From assembly GCA_965612865.1 (NCBI GenBank), contig CBFDTJ010000029.1:1-16860 (forward strand): a DNA stretch of 16,860 bases. The letters run 5' to 3'. How positions within the stretch are numbered: position 1 is the first letter of the stretch; every line of letters begins with the position of its first letter. The position numbers and the translations under genes are program-made. This document shows positions 15,139 to 16,860 of the stretch, in pieces. This DNA comes from an uncultured bacterium. Its GTDB lineage: Bacteria > Caldisericota > Caldisericia > B22-G15. Under the pieces are notes generated by a model. The model searched no databases. It was not told where the DNA came from and saw only the letters and a program-made list of their open reading frames with translations.

Positions 15139-15623
15139 CTAAGTCTTTAAATTTTTAATTTCATCAATGACTTTTTCTACATGATCTTTTGCTCTCACAT
15201 TGATCCAGGCTCTAACAATTTTCCCTCACTTGATATTATAAATGTTGATCTTTTAACTCCCATTCTAACCTTGCCATACATCTTCTTTTCTCCATAGACT
15301 CCATACCCCTTCATTACCTCTTTTTCTGTATCAGAAAGAAGATAAAAATTGAGTTTGTGCTTTTCCATAAAATTTTTATGACTTTTTATACTATCAGGAC
15401 TTACACCAATAACAAAAGCCTTATCCTTTATTTTACCCATGTTGTCTCTAAAATCTTTTGCCTCAAGTGTGCATCCAGATGTGTTATCCTTTGGGTAGAA
15501 GTAGAGAATAACGAATTTACCCTTATTCAAAAAATCTTTAAGACAGAATGTTCCCTCTTCTCCGTCAGGAGAAAACCCTTTAAGACAAAAATTCTTTGCT
15601 TTATCTCCCTCTTTTAAAACCAA
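15139..15623 (-). CDS. bcp: Bcp/PrxQ-type peroxiredoxin, frameshifted near the 3' end (sequence error, pseudogene or recoding)
   Basis: YFYPKDNTSGCT active site, VIGVSPDS..SH..F, LLSD, YGVYGEKKMYGK, RSTFII. The zero frame stops at 15195; the -1 frame from about 15220 continues IVRAWINVRAKDHVEKVIDEIKNLKT* (stop 15139-15141), a typical Bcp C-terminus. TTG start with GGAGGAG SD. Confidence 0.88.
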
Positions 15624-15676
15624 ACTCTCCTCCGTCTCGTGTGTCTATATATTTTAAATATAAACTATTTCTTAAT

Positions 15677-16594
15677 TTATTCAAACCTTTCTCTTAATTT
15701 TGGTCTGTAACCTGCTATGAAAGATTTCACATCCATCTCCTTTTTCCCCTCTGGTTTTAGTATTAGAGGGATAACTACCCCTTTACCTGTCCCAATTTTA
15801 AATCTGTTTTTATCAACATAGATAATCTCCCCCGGATTTCCAGATTCATCTTCCTCAATCTCTGCCTTTAAAATCTTTAATCTCTTACCTCTAAATATAG
15901 AATATGCACCAGGTTCTTTTGAAAGAGCAAGAATCTTTCGTTTTATCTTCTTAGCATCTTCATGCCAATCTATTCTTTCAAAATCTCTTTTAAATTTTGG
16001 AGCATAGCTTACCTCTCCCTTTTGTGGTTTCCATTCATCCTTTCCCTTTTCAATAATTTCTAAAGCTTCAATAAGAGTTTTTCTTCCAACAGAGATTAAT
16101 TTTTCCCTTAGTTCTGTGTATGTTTCCTCTCCTGAAAGTGGAATCCTTCTTATCATTAACACATCTCCCTCATCCACCCCTTCTGTTATTTTCATTATAC
16201 TTACACCGCTTTCACTCTCCTTATTGAGAATCTGCCATCTTATAGGATTTGGTCCTCTATACTTTGGCAGTATTGATGGATGAACATTTATTATTCCTTT
16301 TTTAAATAGATTTATCACCTCACCGGGTATAATTTTTCCAAAGGATACCACAATACCAAGATCCCAGAGCGAATCTTCAAGATAGTCATACATATCACTG
16401 GATTTTTTGATTTCCACAACAGGGATTTTCTCTTTCTTTGCGAGTTCCTTTACAGGATTTGGAAGTATTTTTTTTCCTCTTCCTCTGGGTTTATCCTGTG
16501 TTGTTATCACAAGAGAGATTTCTTTATTTTTTTCCAGTAATTCCTTTAAAAATGGAAGAGAAAAATCATCTGATCCAAAAAAAACTATTTTCAT
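15677..16594 (-). CDS. fmt: Methionyl-tRNA formyltransferase
   Basis: MKIVFFGS, TQDKPRGRG, INVHPSILPKYRGPNPI, GVSIM...DEGD, YAPK, PEGKKEM; downstream of def with ATGA overlap. Confidence 0.96.
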   Translation of the reverse strand: MKIVFFGSDDFSLPFLKELLEKNKEISLVITTQDKPRGRGKKILPNPVKELAKKEKIPVVEIKKSSDMYDYLEDSLWDLGIVVSFGKIIPGEVINLFKKGIINVHPSILPKYRGPNPIRWQILNKESESGVSIMKITEGVDEGDVLMIRRIPLSGEETYTELREKLISVGRKTLIEALEIIEKGKDEWKPQKGEVSYAPKFKRDFERIDWHEDAKKIKRKILALSKEPGAYSIFRGKRLKILKAEIEEDESGNPGEIIYVDKNRFKIGTGKGVVIPLILKPEGKKEMDVKSFIAGYRPKLRERFE

Positions 16595-16790
16595 GCCACC
16601 TTTTTTAACAATTCTTCAGGTACTTCGTATTCTTCCTCTATTCTCAAACTTCTTATATCCTTTACCCTATCAATAAAGAGGATGCCATCGAGGTGGTCAA
16701 TTTCGTGTTGAATTATTACTGCAGATAGCCCCTCTTTCGTGAGTTTGATTTTTCTCCCGGTTTTACTTAACCCCTCAACCACAATCCTTT
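16591..16790 (-). CDS. def: Peptide deformylase, C-terminal part (5' end truncated by adapter/contig end)
   Basis: QHEIDHLDGILFID metal-binding motif (HExxH); def-fmt synteny; frame is open up to the adapter junction. Confidence 0.93.
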
Positions 16791-16860
16791 CTGTCTCTTA
16801 TACACATCTGACGCTGCCGACGAAGGCTTAGGTGTAGATCTCGGTGGTCGCCGTATCATT
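16791..16860 (+). other. Illumina Nextera adapter read-through (artefact): Tn5 mosaic end, i5 linker, 8-nt index, P5 reverse complement
   Basis: CTGTCTCTTATACACATCT (16791-16809), GACGCTGCCGACGA (16810-16823), index AGGCTTAG (16824-16831), GTGTAGATCTCGGTGGTCGCCGTATCATT (16832-16860). Confidence 0.99.

Noticed and set aside
15648..15662. TATATTT-T-AAATATA palindrome upstream of bcp as a PerR/Fur box
   Set aside because: It has 7-1-7 symmetry but matches the PerR/Fur consensus poorly and is expected by chance in AT-rich intergenic DNA.
1651..16676. The remaining short antisense or alternative-frame ORFs inside rplA, rplL, rpoB, EF-G2, rpoC, DUF554, htrA, bcp and fmt
   Set aside because: All lie within well-supported genes and show no independent start signals or motifs.
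16791..16809. Tn5/IS50 end as evidence of a real transposon insertion in def
   Set aside because: It is the synthetic mosaic end followed directly by Illumina index and P5 sequence, i.e. a library artefact.

Overview
AT-rich bacterial core region at a contig end. On the + strand: the tuf 3' end, rpmG, tRNA-Trp, secE, nusG, rplK, rplA, an L10 leader, rplJ, rplL and rpoB. Next comes a complete but divergent elongation factor G paralogue (EF-G2 type) wedged between rpoB and rpoC, then rpoC, a DUF554 membrane protein and an HtrA-family protease. On the - strand: def (truncated), fmt, a Bcp/PrxQ peroxiredoxin whose C-terminus lies in the -1 frame, and an 88-aa hypothetical protein with Sm/Hfq-like spacing. 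The last 70 nt are untrimmed Illumina Nextera adapter. The most unusual biology is the rpoB-[EF-G2 with degenerate GTPase motifs]-rpoC operon, together with an RNA polymerase carrying lineage-specific insertions (repeated BBM2-like modules, an HhH-like insert in the beta' jaw) and substitutions at normally conserved positions. K/E-rich proteins and a three-segment L10 tail suggest a deep-branching, possibly thermophilic lineage (e.g. Caldisericota-like); this is inference only. All comparisons with reference proteins are by eye from recalled sequences.
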